From: Nitrospira sp.
GTDB lineage: Bacteria > Nitrospirota > Nitrospiria > Nitrospirales > Nitrospiraceae
NCBI GenBank assembly: GCA_035620635.1
Contig: DASPGL010000204.1
Coordinates: 1-45,322 of the forward strand
Reading direction: 5' to 3'
DNA: 45,322 nucleotides
The position numbers and the translations under genes are program-made. The notes below the pieces were generated by a model that made no database searches, was not told where the DNA came from, and saw nothing but the letters and a program-made list of their open reading frames with translations. The first letter of the stretch is position 1; each line of letters begins with the position of its first letter. Of this stretch, positions 20,555 through 30,397 are shown piece after piece.

Positions 20555-20734
20555 CAGGACGCTGAAACAGTCCGATAGCGTCGTTCTCGCATCGCGCATG
20601 GGCTCAGAGGGACTGGCTCCGGCCAGATGGGGCCTATCTCACTGTTCCACGCACGCTTCGGCCTGCCAGCGGAAAGACGCGTCTCGGCGCGCCGAGGTGG
20701 GGCGGGTGGGATCGGGCCTGTTTGAGCGCCCTGC
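20554..20734. mobile_element. Miniature inverted-repeat transposable element (MITE), ~180 bp
   Basis: Terminal inverted repeats GCAGGACGCTGAAACAGTCC (20554-) and GGCCTGTTTGAGCGCCCTGC (-20734). Left end sits at a CTAG containing the asd stop. No credible coding capacity. Confidence 0.75.
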
Positions 20735-20767
20735 AAATGACACGAATCCAAGTTGGGATGAAAGTTG

Positions 20768-21022
20768 ATGCCGGAATGGAGCGCGCTTGGCAAGGTTATG
20801 CTCGGCATCGGGCTCGGCATCGCCGGGCTGGGGATCCTGTTGATTGCGGCGGATCGGTTTCCAGGGCTGGGGAACATGTTCGGTTGGCTGGGGAAGCTTC
20901 CCGGCGATCTTTCCTACAAGCGCGACAATGTCAGCTTCTATTTCCCCATCGCGACGAGTCTGCTCCTCAGTATCGTCCTTAGTCTGCTATTCTATATTCT
21001 AGGATGGTTCTTCCGACGATGA
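20768..21022 (+). CDS. DUF2905-family small membrane protein
   Basis: LGKLPGDL.YKRDNVSFYFPIATSLLLS signature; two hydrophobic segments; usual neighbour of spoIID/queA. Confidence 0.88.
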   Translation: MPEWSALGKVMLGIGLGIAGLGILLIAADRFPGLGNMFGWLGKLPGDLSYKRDNVSFYFPIATSLLLSIVLSLLFYILGWFFRR

Positions 21023-22233
21023 TGGTTCGACAGGTCTGCGCCGGCGTGTTGGGCTTGGCGGTGGGGCTGGGGTCTGCTGGGGCGCCGGCAGTCCATGCGA
21101 CGCCCTCGATTCGTGTCCTGCTGGCCTCCGATGTCCAGCGGATGGAGTTACGCGCAGACGATGTCATCTGGGTGACCGATGCGCTGGATCGGTCGCAGAT
21201 GTACCGGTCCTCCGTTCGGATCGAAGTGCGCGGCCAGGATCTGGTCCTGAATGGCGGCCGTGTGTCTGGGGATCATGTGACCCTCCGGGCCGGGAATCAG
21301 GATTTACGGCTATGGCTTCCCCGTCACAACGGGAATGGCAACGGCGCGTCCTTCCAACCGGGCGACGACAGACCCATGGTGCAGGTCAGCGGCCTGATTC
21401 AACTGGTCCGTCGAGGTAAAGGCCTCCTGGTCATCAATCAGGTCGACCTGGAGGAATATGTCAAAGGGGTAGTGCCGGCAGAGGTCAATTCCTCCTGGCA
21501 TCCTGAAATGCTCAAGGCGCAGGCCGTTGCAGCCAGAACCTATGCCTTGTACCAGCACATGCTGAGCGCGTCGCGCGACTACGACGTGGCCGCCGGAATT
21601 CAGGACCAAGTCTATCGTGGTCGTCAGGGGATCGATACGCGGGTGGAACAGGCGGTCGAGTCGACAAGAGGAGTGGTGATCACCCACCAAGGGGCGCCGA
21701 TCTATGCGGCGTTTTCCTCGACTGCTGCCGGACTTACCGAAGATGCCGTGATCGTCTGGTCGAAGGACCTGCCGTACCTGAAGGGGGTCGAGTGTCCGTT
21801 CGACCTGGAATCTCCCTATTATCAGTGGAAAGCATCGTTCAAGCTCGAGATGCTGGAAAAGAATCTGCGGCAGCAGGGGTTCGCCATCGGGACGATCGCC
21901 ACGTTCACGCCGTTGGTCTACAGTCGTGCGGGCCGCGTGGCCACCTTGCGCATCCTGCATTCCAAGGGTGAGCTGATCCTGCGAGGAGAGGAGCTACGCA
22001 AGGCGGTGGGGTATACGGTGGTTCCCAGTACGCAGTTTACGGTCGAATCCTTCGGTCTGGAGATCGTGCTCGCCGGCTACGGGGCGGGTCATGCCGTCGG
22101 CCTCTGCCAATGGGGTGCCAAAGAGCTGGCGGAGTTGGGTTACGCGTATCCCAGCATACTCCGCTATTACTATCCGGGCACGGAACTAGAGAACGCCTCG
22201 CAGACGCACGCGCCGCCTGCGCCTGCCTCCTGA
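21019..22233 (+). CDS. SpoIID/LytB-domain protein (putative lytic transglycosylase)
   Basis: Signal peptide; INQVDLEEYVKGVVPAEV, LKAQAVAARTYA, QVYRG, GHAVGLCQWGA, ILRYYYPG. Confidence 0.92.
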   Translation: MMVRQVCAGVLGLAVGLGSAGAPAVHATPSIRVLLASDVQRMELRADDVIWVTDALDRSQMYRSSVRIEVRGQDLVLNGGRVSGDHVTLRAGNQDLRLWLPRHNGNGNGASFQPGDDRPMVQVSGLIQLVRRGKGLLVINQVDLEEYVKGVVPAEVNSSWHPEMLKAQAVAARTYALYQHMLSASRDYDVAAGIQDQVYRGRQGIDTRVEQAVESTRGVVITHQGAPIYAAFSSTAAGLTEDAVIVWSKDLPYLKGVECPFDLESPYYQWKASFKLEMLEKNLRQQGFAIGTIATFTPLVYSRAGRVATLRILHSKGELILRGEELRKAVGYTVVPSTQFTVESFGLEIVLAGYGAGHAVGLCQWGAKELAELGYAYPSILRYYYPGTELENASQTHAPPAPAS

Positions 22234-23252
22234 TGCAACTCTCCGACTTCGACTTTCCGTTCGACCCGGCGCTCGTCGCCCTGCAGCCGGTCTTCCCTCG
22301 CGATTGCGCACGACTGCTGGTCCTGCATCGAAAGACCGGGGCACTCGACCACCGCCATGTCTCCGATCTTCCTGGGTTGCTCGATCCTGGCGATCTGCTC
22401 GTCGTCAACGACACGAAGGTGCTACCGGCACGGTTGTCGGGACACAAGCGTCCGGGCGGTACACCGGTCGAGGTCTTGTTCGTGAAAGAGTGCGGAGAAA
22501 GACTGTGGGAGGTCATGGTCAAAGGCACGTTGCGCGTCGGACAAGTCATCGAGTTCGATGCGCAATCGCGGGCGATCATCCTCAAGCGCGACGCGGGCGG
22601 GACATGGGTGCGGATCGACAGCCCCGTACCGGTGAAGGAACTGCTCCAACGACGGGGCGCCATGCCGCTCCCGCCCTATATCAGGCGCGATCCGACCGAA
22701 CAGGATCACCGTTGGTATCAGACTCTCTTCGCCAAGAACGACGGTGCGATCGCGGCGCCGACTGCCGGGCTGCACTTTACCGAAGACCTCCTCGCACGGC
22801 TGGGCAACGCCGCGATCGGAACGGCTGCGGTGACGCTGCATGTCGGTACCGGCACCTTCAAGCCGGTCGTGACTGAGCGCATCGAAGACCATCGGATGGG
22901 AGAGGAACCATTCACCGTCGGCGCTGACGCGGCGAAGGCGATCGGTGAGGCCGGACGAGCAGGCCGGCGGGTTGTGGCAGTCGGCACTACGGTGGTCCGC
23001 ACACTCGAAACCGTGGCAAAGGAAGCGGGGAGGATTATCCCGGCCTGCGGAGAGAGCCGGCTGTTCATCACGCCCGGCTTTCAATTCAAGACCGTCGATG
23101 CCCTCATGACGAACTTCCACCTTCCGCGGACGACCCTCCTGATGTTGGTGTCGGCTTTTGCTGGGACCGAGCTGGTTCGAAAGGTCTATGAGGAGGCGGT
23201 CAGGGAGCGGTATCGACTGTACAGCTATGGCGACGCGATGCTGATTCTCTGA
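22233..23252 (+). CDS. queA: S-adenosylmethionine:tRNA ribosyltransferase-isomerase
   Basis: MQLSDFDF, VNDTKVLPARL, PLPPYI, AAPTAGLHF, LHVGTGTF, TNFHLP, SYGDAMLI. Confidence 0.97.
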   Translation: MQLSDFDFPFDPALVALQPVFPRDCARLLVLHRKTGALDHRHVSDLPGLLDPGDLLVVNDTKVLPARLSGHKRPGGTPVEVLFVKECGERLWEVMVKGTLRVGQVIEFDAQSRAIILKRDAGGTWVRIDSPVPVKELLQRRGAMPLPPYIRRDPTEQDHRWYQTLFAKNDGAIAAPTAGLHFTEDLLARLGNAAIGTAAVTLHVGTGTFKPVVTERIEDHRMGEEPFTVGADAAKAIGEAGRAGRRVVAVGTTVVRTLETVAKEAGRIIPACGESRLFITPGFQFKTVDALMTNFHLPRTTLLMLVSAFAGTELVRKVYEEAVRERYRLYSYGDAMLIL

Positions 23253-23307
23253 TCTGGCCGGTCCGGTCGGCACTCTTGTGAGCCGGTCACCGGAGCAGGG
23301 AACTGGC

Positions 23308-24006
23308 TCAGAGCAGTTCGCGGTGGATCGTGATGGGGATCTTGGCTTTGAGGGAGGTTTGATAGGCGACCAAGGCGCGTTGTTGTTTCTGCATGAGCAT
23401 GTCCTGCAGCACGCGATCCCTGGCCATCGCAGCCATGGTCGGGTCGGTCTCCTGCGGTCTTGCCATGAGGGACTGTCCTTCGGAGATCTCGGTCGGAGAC
23501 AGGGCGACTGATTCGCGGACGAGCATCCTGGCCTTGTTCCCGAGGATCTCTTTGTGCTGCGCGGCCTCGAATACGGCCGGAGTCATGTGGTTGGCGGCGA
23601 GGAGTCGCTGGTAGAGTTCGGGGTCGAAGGCGCCGTTTTTCTGAAAATCAGGAATTTGTACGATCAGTTCACGCAGGTCTGCGTCGGAGACCGTTACCCC
23701 CAATTCTTTTGCGGCAATGAGCCACAGACGGTTGTCGACGAGTTGGTCGATCACGAACTGCTTGAACGTGTCTTCCTTGAACTCGCCGGCCATTTTCTCC
23801 CTGTAAAATCGGTACATATTTTCATAGGCCCGCCGGTACTCATCCCGAGACACGGTCAGGTCCCCGACGCTTGCTACGGCGTTTTCCGTTTGCTCTCCGA
23901 ATCCCCACCAGCCCATCGTGATGACGAAGGCTACAGCCAGGATACCCATGATGGATTTGAGCAACCAGGGATAATTGTGCGCGGCGTTTCTCATGGTCTT
24001 GATCAT
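23308..24006 (-). CDS. SurA N-terminal-domain membrane-anchored chaperone (PpiD N-terminus-like, no PPIase domain)
   Basis: MIKTMRN + TM helix, VASVG, A.ELGVTVSD, IPDFQKNGAFD.ELY..LL; 232 aa. Confidence 0.82.
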   Translation of the reverse strand: MIKTMRNAAHNYPWLLKSIMGILAVAFVITMGWWGFGEQTENAVASVGDLTVSRDEYRRAYENMYRFYREKMAGEFKEDTFKQFVIDQLVDNRLWLIAAKELGVTVSDADLRELIVQIPDFQKNGAFDPELYQRLLAANHMTPAVFEAAQHKEILGNKARMLVRESVALSPTEISEGQSLMARPQETDPTMAAMARDRVLQDMLMQKQQRALVAYQTSLKAKIPITIHRELL

Positions 24007-24222
24007 GGGTACTCCTCACCCGTTCAAAGATCTGAGCATTTTACTCAGGGGGCAGAGGCGAAGGCAAGCTGAGCCGGCCTCAAGCGTCCTCGTGGCGTAT
24101 CCGTTGCAGCACCGGCGACGAATGTAGAACGGCCAGACGCTCAATCCCGCTTTCTCCAGTCCGCCTGTCGTGGGCGATCGAGGTGACCTCCGTGAGGCCT
24201 GCAAGAAAATAGCAGGCTTTGT

Positions 24223-24251
24223 TTGTGCACGATGGTGGATTTTGTTATACT
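24223..24251 (+). promoter_or_regulatory. Putative sigma70 promoter for the RDD-mreBCD-mrdA-rodA operon
   Basis: TTGTGC (24223-24228), 17 bp, TATACT (24246-24251) preceded by TG; RBS AAGGAG before TTG 24277. Confidence 0.62.
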
Positions 24252-24276
24252 TTGCCACTAATTAGAAGGAGAGAAC

Positions 24277-24735
24277 TTGACGAGCGAGGGGCGAGCCTCG
24301 ACGCGGCTGGAACGAACGGTTTATCCGAAGGCTCATGTCCTCAACCGGTTTATCGCGAAGCTGATCGATCTGTTCATCGTCGTTGCTGCGGATAGAATTG
24401 CTCCTCCGGTCGGATTTCTGTTCGGTCTGGCCTACATTTTGATTGCGGACGGATTTGCGGACGGACGAAGTATTGGCAAGCGACTGGTGGGCCTCCAGAC
24501 CATGCGGGTGGAGGCTCGTGACGCAGCCGGTTTCCGGGAATCGATCATTCGCAATCTTCCGCTGGGTGGCGCACAGATTGCCTTTGCAGTCCCGTATGTC
24601 GGATGGCTGGTCACACTGGTGATTTTGGCATTCGAAGGGTTACTCATTATCGGCAATGAGCAGGGGCGGCGGCTCGGTGATGAGATCGCGAGGACGCATG
24701 TCCTGGATGCCGGCCAGCTTGCGGTGCCAGACTGA
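24277..24735 (+). CDS. RDD-family membrane protein
   Basis: RFIAKLID, GRSIGKRLVGL, SIIRN, GRRLGDEIA.T.V. Confidence 0.87.
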   Translation: MTSEGRASTRLERTVYPKAHVLNRFIAKLIDLFIVVAADRIAPPVGFLFGLAYILIADGFADGRSIGKRLVGLQTMRVEARDAAGFRESIIRNLPLGGAQIAFAVPYVGWLVTLVILAFEGLLIIGNEQGRRLGDEIARTHVLDAGQLAVPD

Positions 24736-24745
24736 GCGCATGTGA

Positions 24746-25846
<1,101 letters not shown>

Positions 25847-25859
25847 GGTCCCATCCCTC

Positions 25860-26738
25860 ATGCGGATGGTCAATCTACGCGCACCGTATAACGCGAGACG
25901 TGTTGCCCTCACCCTCGCCGTCATTCTCCTGGTCGGCTTTCTCCTCCTGCCCAGCCAACTCCAAGGGGTATTCCAGCAGATGGGCGGTCCGGTTGGATGG
26001 ATCGTCAGCTGGCCCCTCCGTGCCATGGCCGGGGTCTCCGATGGAATCTCGAATGCCTGGACCGGCTTTGTCGTGCTCCAGGGGGTGGAAGAGGAAAACA
26101 AACAATTGCGGAAGGAATTGGAATATCTCAAGGGGCAGAATAGCCAACTTCGAGAGGCGGCTGCGGCCACGGACCGACTCACGGCGCTGCTGGAATTCAA
26201 GGCGCAGGCGCTCCCTCCGATGGTGGCGGCACAGGTGATCGGGCGCGACACGGGGAACTGGTACCGGACGCTGATTCTCAACAAGGGCGAGTCGGATGGG
26301 CTCCAGCCGGATCGGGGGGTCATCACCCCCGCCGGTGTCGTCGGCCGGATCGTCAAGACGACGACTTCCACATCAGTGGTGTTGCTGGTGACGGACCCCA
26401 ACAACGCCATCGCCGGATTGATCCAGCGGACGCGGGATGAGGGGATTGTCGAAGGCATCTCGGAAGGGTCGGCTCGTCTGAAATACATTCCGTTGTTGTC
26501 GAACGCGAGAGCCGGTGATCGGGTCGTGACGTCTGGACTCGCCGGGGGATTTCCCCGCGGCCTGTCTATCGGGACGATCACCAGGATTGACAAGGAAGAA
26601 GGGGCGCTGTTCCAGTCCGCCGAGCTGACTCCGGAAGTCGATGTGAACCGTGTTGAAGAAGTCCTGGTGATTCAATCTCCGTACGTTCCGACCGAAGGAG
26701 AGCGCCTCGGACCGCCGGGTGCGAAGCCTAAGCCATGA
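25860..26738 (+). CDS. mreC: Rod shape-determining protein MreC
   Basis: N-terminal TM, EENKQL coiled coil, LNKGESDG, GVVGRI, VVTSGLAGGFPRGL. Confidence 0.94.
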   Translation: MRMVNLRAPYNARRVALTLAVILLVGFLLLPSQLQGVFQQMGGPVGWIVSWPLRAMAGVSDGISNAWTGFVVLQGVEEENKQLRKELEYLKGQNSQLREAAAATDRLTALLEFKAQALPPMVAAQVIGRDTGNWYRTLILNKGESDGLQPDRGVITPAGVVGRIVKTTTSTSVVLLVTDPNNAIAGLIQRTRDEGIVEGISEGSARLKYIPLLSNARAGDRVVTSGLAGGFPRGLSIGTITRIDKEEGALFQSAELTPEVDVNRVEEVLVIQSPYVPTEGERLGPPGAKPKP

Positions 26739-27235
26739 AAGTGCTGATCTACGCGGTACTCCTCGTGGGGCTGGTGCCGATTCAGTCGGTCTTGATGCCC
26801 CATCTGAGCGTGTGGGGCGTGAAACCGGATCTTGGCTTGATCGTCGTCTGCCTGGTCGGTCTGTTTGCGGGAGAGTTGGAAGGGCTGGTGGTCGGGCTCG
26901 CCGTAGGATGGATCATAAGCCTGTTTTCCGCCGAGTCACTGCTCCTCAGCATGGTCACCAAGGGCGGCGTCGGGTATGCGGCCGGTCTGGCCGGCCGGCA
27001 GGTGGTGTATCTGACTCCGGTGGGCCTCGTCATCGGTCTGCTCGTGGTCTCGATCCTGGCCGGACTCCTCACCGCTGGCTCGCTTAGACTGAACGATCAA
27101 CAGGATATGTGGTGGGCGCTCCGGGCCATCGTGCTGCCCCAGGCCTGTTTCGATGCTGCGATGGGCGGAGCGATTTATTGGGCGGTGTGGAGCCGATTGA
27201 ACGTGGAGCGGACGGTATCAGCCTATCGAGCATAG
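26735..27235 (+). CDS. mreD: Rod shape-determining protein MreD
   Basis: Hydrophobic 166 aa with VKPDL motif, between mreC and mrdA; ATGA overlap. Confidence 0.82.
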   Translation: MKVLIYAVLLVGLVPIQSVLMPHLSVWGVKPDLGLIVVCLVGLFAGELEGLVVGLAVGWIISLFSAESLLLSMVTKGGVGYAAGLAGRQVVYLTPVGLVIGLLVVSILAGLLTAGSLRLNDQQDMWWALRAIVLPQACFDAAMGGAIYWAVWSRLNVERTVSAYRA

Positions 27236-27243
27236 CAGTATTC

Positions 27244-29115
27244 ATGGCATCGGCGAATTATCAAGAAACTGAATTCGGGGAACTTCATCGCCGGCTCACG
27301 ATTCTACGGCTGGGGCTCCTGCTGGTGGTGGCGCTGCTCGGCCTGCGTCTCTGGCATCTTCAGATCCGCGAAGGGCCCTACTACCGCGATCTTTCCGAAA
27401 ATAATCGAACCAGGCTCGTGCTGCTCGAACCGGCGCGTGGGCTCATCTATGACCGGCATGGCGTTCTCCTGGCGAACAACGTGCCGAGCTTCAGTCTCTA
27501 CGTCACGCTGGAAGATGTGAAGGATCGTGAAGCCTTGATTCAGCAACTGGCCGATCTGCTGGGCCTCGATCCGGCGCTCATCCAGAAGAAACTGGGCGGA
27601 CGAGGCAGCAAGTTGCTGCCTCGCAAGATCAAGGATCGACTCACGCTCCGCGATGCGGCGGTGATCGAATCCCATCGTCTGGACCTTCCCGGTGTCATGG
27701 TCCAGGTCGAGTCCCAACGTAACTATCCGGGAGGCATGACAGCGGCCCATCTGCTGGGGTATGTCGGAGAAATATCCGCCGAACAACTGGAGAAGCCCGA
27801 GTTTTCGGACCTGCATCAGGGCAGCATCGTCGGTCAGTACGGGGTGGAAAAGTCCTTCGATCGCCATGTACGGGGACAGGCCGGCCAGAAGAGCGTCGAA
27901 GTCGATGCGGTCGGACACGAGAAGAAAGCCGCCGTCGTCGAAAAACCGCAGGCAGGAAACGATCTCTACCTCACGATCGACATCCGGCTCCAAAAAGTGG
28001 CGGAGGATCTCCTCGGGGAGGAATTCGGGGCTATTGTGGCGTTGGATCCCACCAATGGCGATATTCTCGCCATGGCGAGCCGGCCGGCTTTCGATCCGAA
28101 CGTGCTCTCGCGAGAACTGACACCGAAACAATGGGTGGAAATCGTGCAGGACGAAGGCCGCCCGCTGAATAATCGCGCCGCTCAGGGGCAGTACCCGCCG
28201 GGGTCCACGTTCAAAGTTCCGATGGCGGTCGCCGCCCTGGAAACGAACACGATGTCGCCCTCCAGTACCGTGTATTGCACCGGAGGCTATCAGTTCGGAA
28301 AACGCGTCTACCGCGACTGGAAGGCGAGCGGGCATGGAACCGTCGATCTCCACACGGCTCTCGTGCATTCGTGCGACGTGTATTTCTACACGGTGGGGCA
28401 ACGGATGGGGATCGATGTGATGGCCGAGTTCGGCAAGGAGTTCGGGCTCGGGCAGAGCACGGGTGTGGAACTGCCCGCGGAGAGATCCGGCATCATGCCG
28501 TCGACATCCTGGAAGCAGCAGGCGAGAAACGAACCGTGGCTGCCAGGTGAAACGATCTCAGCGGCTATCGGGCAGGGTTATGTGACGGTGACGCCATTGC
28601 AGATGGCCAGTTTGATCGGGACGGTCGCGAATGACGGAGTGAGTTATCGTCCCCGGCTGGTGCAGGCGGTGATGGACCGGACGACCGGAAACCTTCAGGA
28701 GTTGCCGGCGGTGCCTCGGGGAAAGATCAAAGCCAAGCCCGAAACGTTCCGCCTCATTAAGAATGCGCTGGCCGACGTCGTGAACGTGGGAACGGCGACC
28801 AAGGCAAAGTCGTCGCTGGTCACGATCGGCGGAAAAACAGGGACCGCCCAGGTGGCGGCCCTCCGGGCGGGGCCTGAAGAGCACATCCCCAAGAAATTTC
28901 GCGATCACGCATGGTTTGTAGCATTTGCGCCCGTGGAGGAGCCGAGAATTGCGGTGGTGGTGCTTGCCGAGCACATGGGGCACGGTGGTTCTGTGGCGGC
29001 TCCGCTCGCCAAAGAAGTCATCGAAACCTATATGAAGCTCGCTCCGCAAGTCCCGATGGTGATCTCGGAAGCCGCCAAGCCTGGCCAGGTTCGGCGATCG
29101 ACGGAGCAGTCATGA
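27244..29115 (+). CDS. mrdA: Penicillin-binding protein 2 (peptidoglycan D,D-transpeptidase)
   Basis: PARGLIYDR, SxxK (PGSTFK), SCDVYFY, KTGTAQ, DHAWF. Confidence 0.95.
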   Translation: MASANYQETEFGELHRRLTILRLGLLLVVALLGLRLWHLQIREGPYYRDLSENNRTRLVLLEPARGLIYDRHGVLLANNVPSFSLYVTLEDVKDREALIQQLADLLGLDPALIQKKLGGRGSKLLPRKIKDRLTLRDAAVIESHRLDLPGVMVQVESQRNYPGGMTAAHLLGYVGEISAEQLEKPEFSDLHQGSIVGQYGVEKSFDRHVRGQAGQKSVEVDAVGHEKKAAVVEKPQAGNDLYLTIDIRLQKVAEDLLGEEFGAIVALDPTNGDILAMASRPAFDPNVLSRELTPKQWVEIVQDEGRPLNNRAAQGQYPPGSTFKVPMAVAALETNTMSPSSTVYCTGGYQFGKRVYRDWKASGHGTVDLHTALVHSCDVYFYTVGQRMGIDVMAEFGKEFGLGQSTGVELPAERSGIMPSTSWKQQARNEPWLPGETISAAIGQGYVTVTPLQMASLIGTVANDGVSYRPRLVQAVMDRTTGNLQELPAVPRGKIKAKPETFRLIKNALADVVNVGTATKAKSSLVTIGGKTGTAQVAALRAGPEEHIPKKFRDHAWFVAFAPVEEPRIAVVVLAEHMGHGGSVAAPLAKEVIETYMKLAPQVPMVISEAAKPGQVRRSTEQS

Positions 29116-30233
29116 TCGATCGGTGGACCGATCACCGCAGTCTCGATAACTTCGATCTTCGCTATGTGGCATTGATCCTCGTCATACTCGGAATCGGCGT
29201 GCTCTCGATTTACAGCCTCACCCATGCCCAACAGAGCGGAGGGATGCCGTATTATGTCAAACAGCTGGTCTGGATCGGCGTGGGCGTGGCCGCTTTCGTT
29301 GTGATGTGGGCGTCGGACTACCATCGCCTGGCCAGGCTGGCCTATCCGGCGTATGCGATCGTATTGATGATGCTGGCCTTCGTGCTGATCGAGGGGCGCA
29401 CCAGCAAGGGGGCGCAGCGGTGGATCGGGGTGGGGCCGTTTAGTTTTCAGCCCTCGGAGTTTGCCAAGCTCGTGCTCATTCTCGTGCTGGCCCACTATTA
29501 CTCCAAGGCGCCTCGCGTCGGGTGGCTGCAACGCGTGATTATCCCCGGATTACTGATGTTGCCCGGCCTGATTCTGATTCTCAAGCAACCGGATTTGGGA
29601 AGCGGGCTGAGTTTTGTCGCGGTGTATGCGGCGATGCTTCTGATGGTCGGGGTCCGGTCTCAGGCCCTGGGGGTCATCCTCCTCTTTTCCGTCATGTTGT
29701 TCCCGTTTGTGTGGGAAGGGGTGTGGGGGTCCTTGCATGATTATCAGCGACAGCGCATTATGGCCTTCGTCGACCCGGACTATGACCCGGGAGGGAAAGG
29801 CTATCATGCGCTGCAATCGCGGATCGCGATCGGTTCCGGAGAACTGATGGGCAAGGGCCTGTATGGCGGGACCCAGAGCCAGCTCAAGTTTTTGCCGGAG
29901 GGCCATACCGATTTCGTCTTCGCGGTTTATGCGGAAGAATGGGGGTTTCTCGGGGTGCTCGTGTTGCTGGCGCTCTTCGTCGCGCTCATCTGGTTGTCGC
30001 TGGAGATTGCATCCAAGGCGAAGGATCAACTCGGCGCGCTGCTTGCCGCCGGGATTGTGGCCATGCTCTGTTTCTGCGTGGTGGTCAATATCGGGATGAC
30101 GGCGGGCATGTTCCCGATCGTCGGTATTCCCCTGCCGCTGGTGAGTTACGGCGGAAGCGCTACGGTCATGACAATGGCCTCACTGGGATTATTGTTGAAC
30201 GTCAAACGAAGACGATTGAGTTTGTTCTACTAG
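29112..30233 (+). CDS. rodA: SEDS peptidoglycan glycosyltransferase RodA
   Basis: GAQRWI, QPSEFAK, QPDLGS, SRIAIGSG, LPEGHTDF, PLVSYGGS. Confidence 0.95.
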   Translation: MIDRWTDHRSLDNFDLRYVALILVILGIGVLSIYSLTHAQQSGGMPYYVKQLVWIGVGVAAFVVMWASDYHRLARLAYPAYAIVLMMLAFVLIEGRTSKGAQRWIGVGPFSFQPSEFAKLVLILVLAHYYSKAPRVGWLQRVIIPGLLMLPGLILILKQPDLGSGLSFVAVYAAMLLMVGVRSQALGVILLFSVMLFPFVWEGVWGSLHDYQRQRIMAFVDPDYDPGGKGYHALQSRIAIGSGELMGKGLYGGTQSQLKFLPEGHTDFVFAVYAEEWGFLGVLVLLALFVALIWLSLEIASKAKDQLGALLAAGIVAMLCFCVVVNIGMTAGMFPIVGIPLPLVSYGGSATVMTMASLGLLLNVKRRRLSLFY

Positions 30234-30397
30234 GGAGAGTGTGCACCGGGGCACCCCCGATGCTGATGGTTCGGACAACAAAGAGGATCGAGAGCCACGG
30301 AGAACGTGCAGGTGACGGCGAGGAACGGGCCTGGGCATGACGTCCGCGCCCCTGTGCCGAAATGCGCGTCCGGGGCTCTCAGACAGAAGGAGTGAGT

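Noticed and set aside
23253-23307. Bidirectional terminator between queA and the SurA-like gene
   Set aside because: Only an imperfect GC hairpin without U-tracts; not enough to call.
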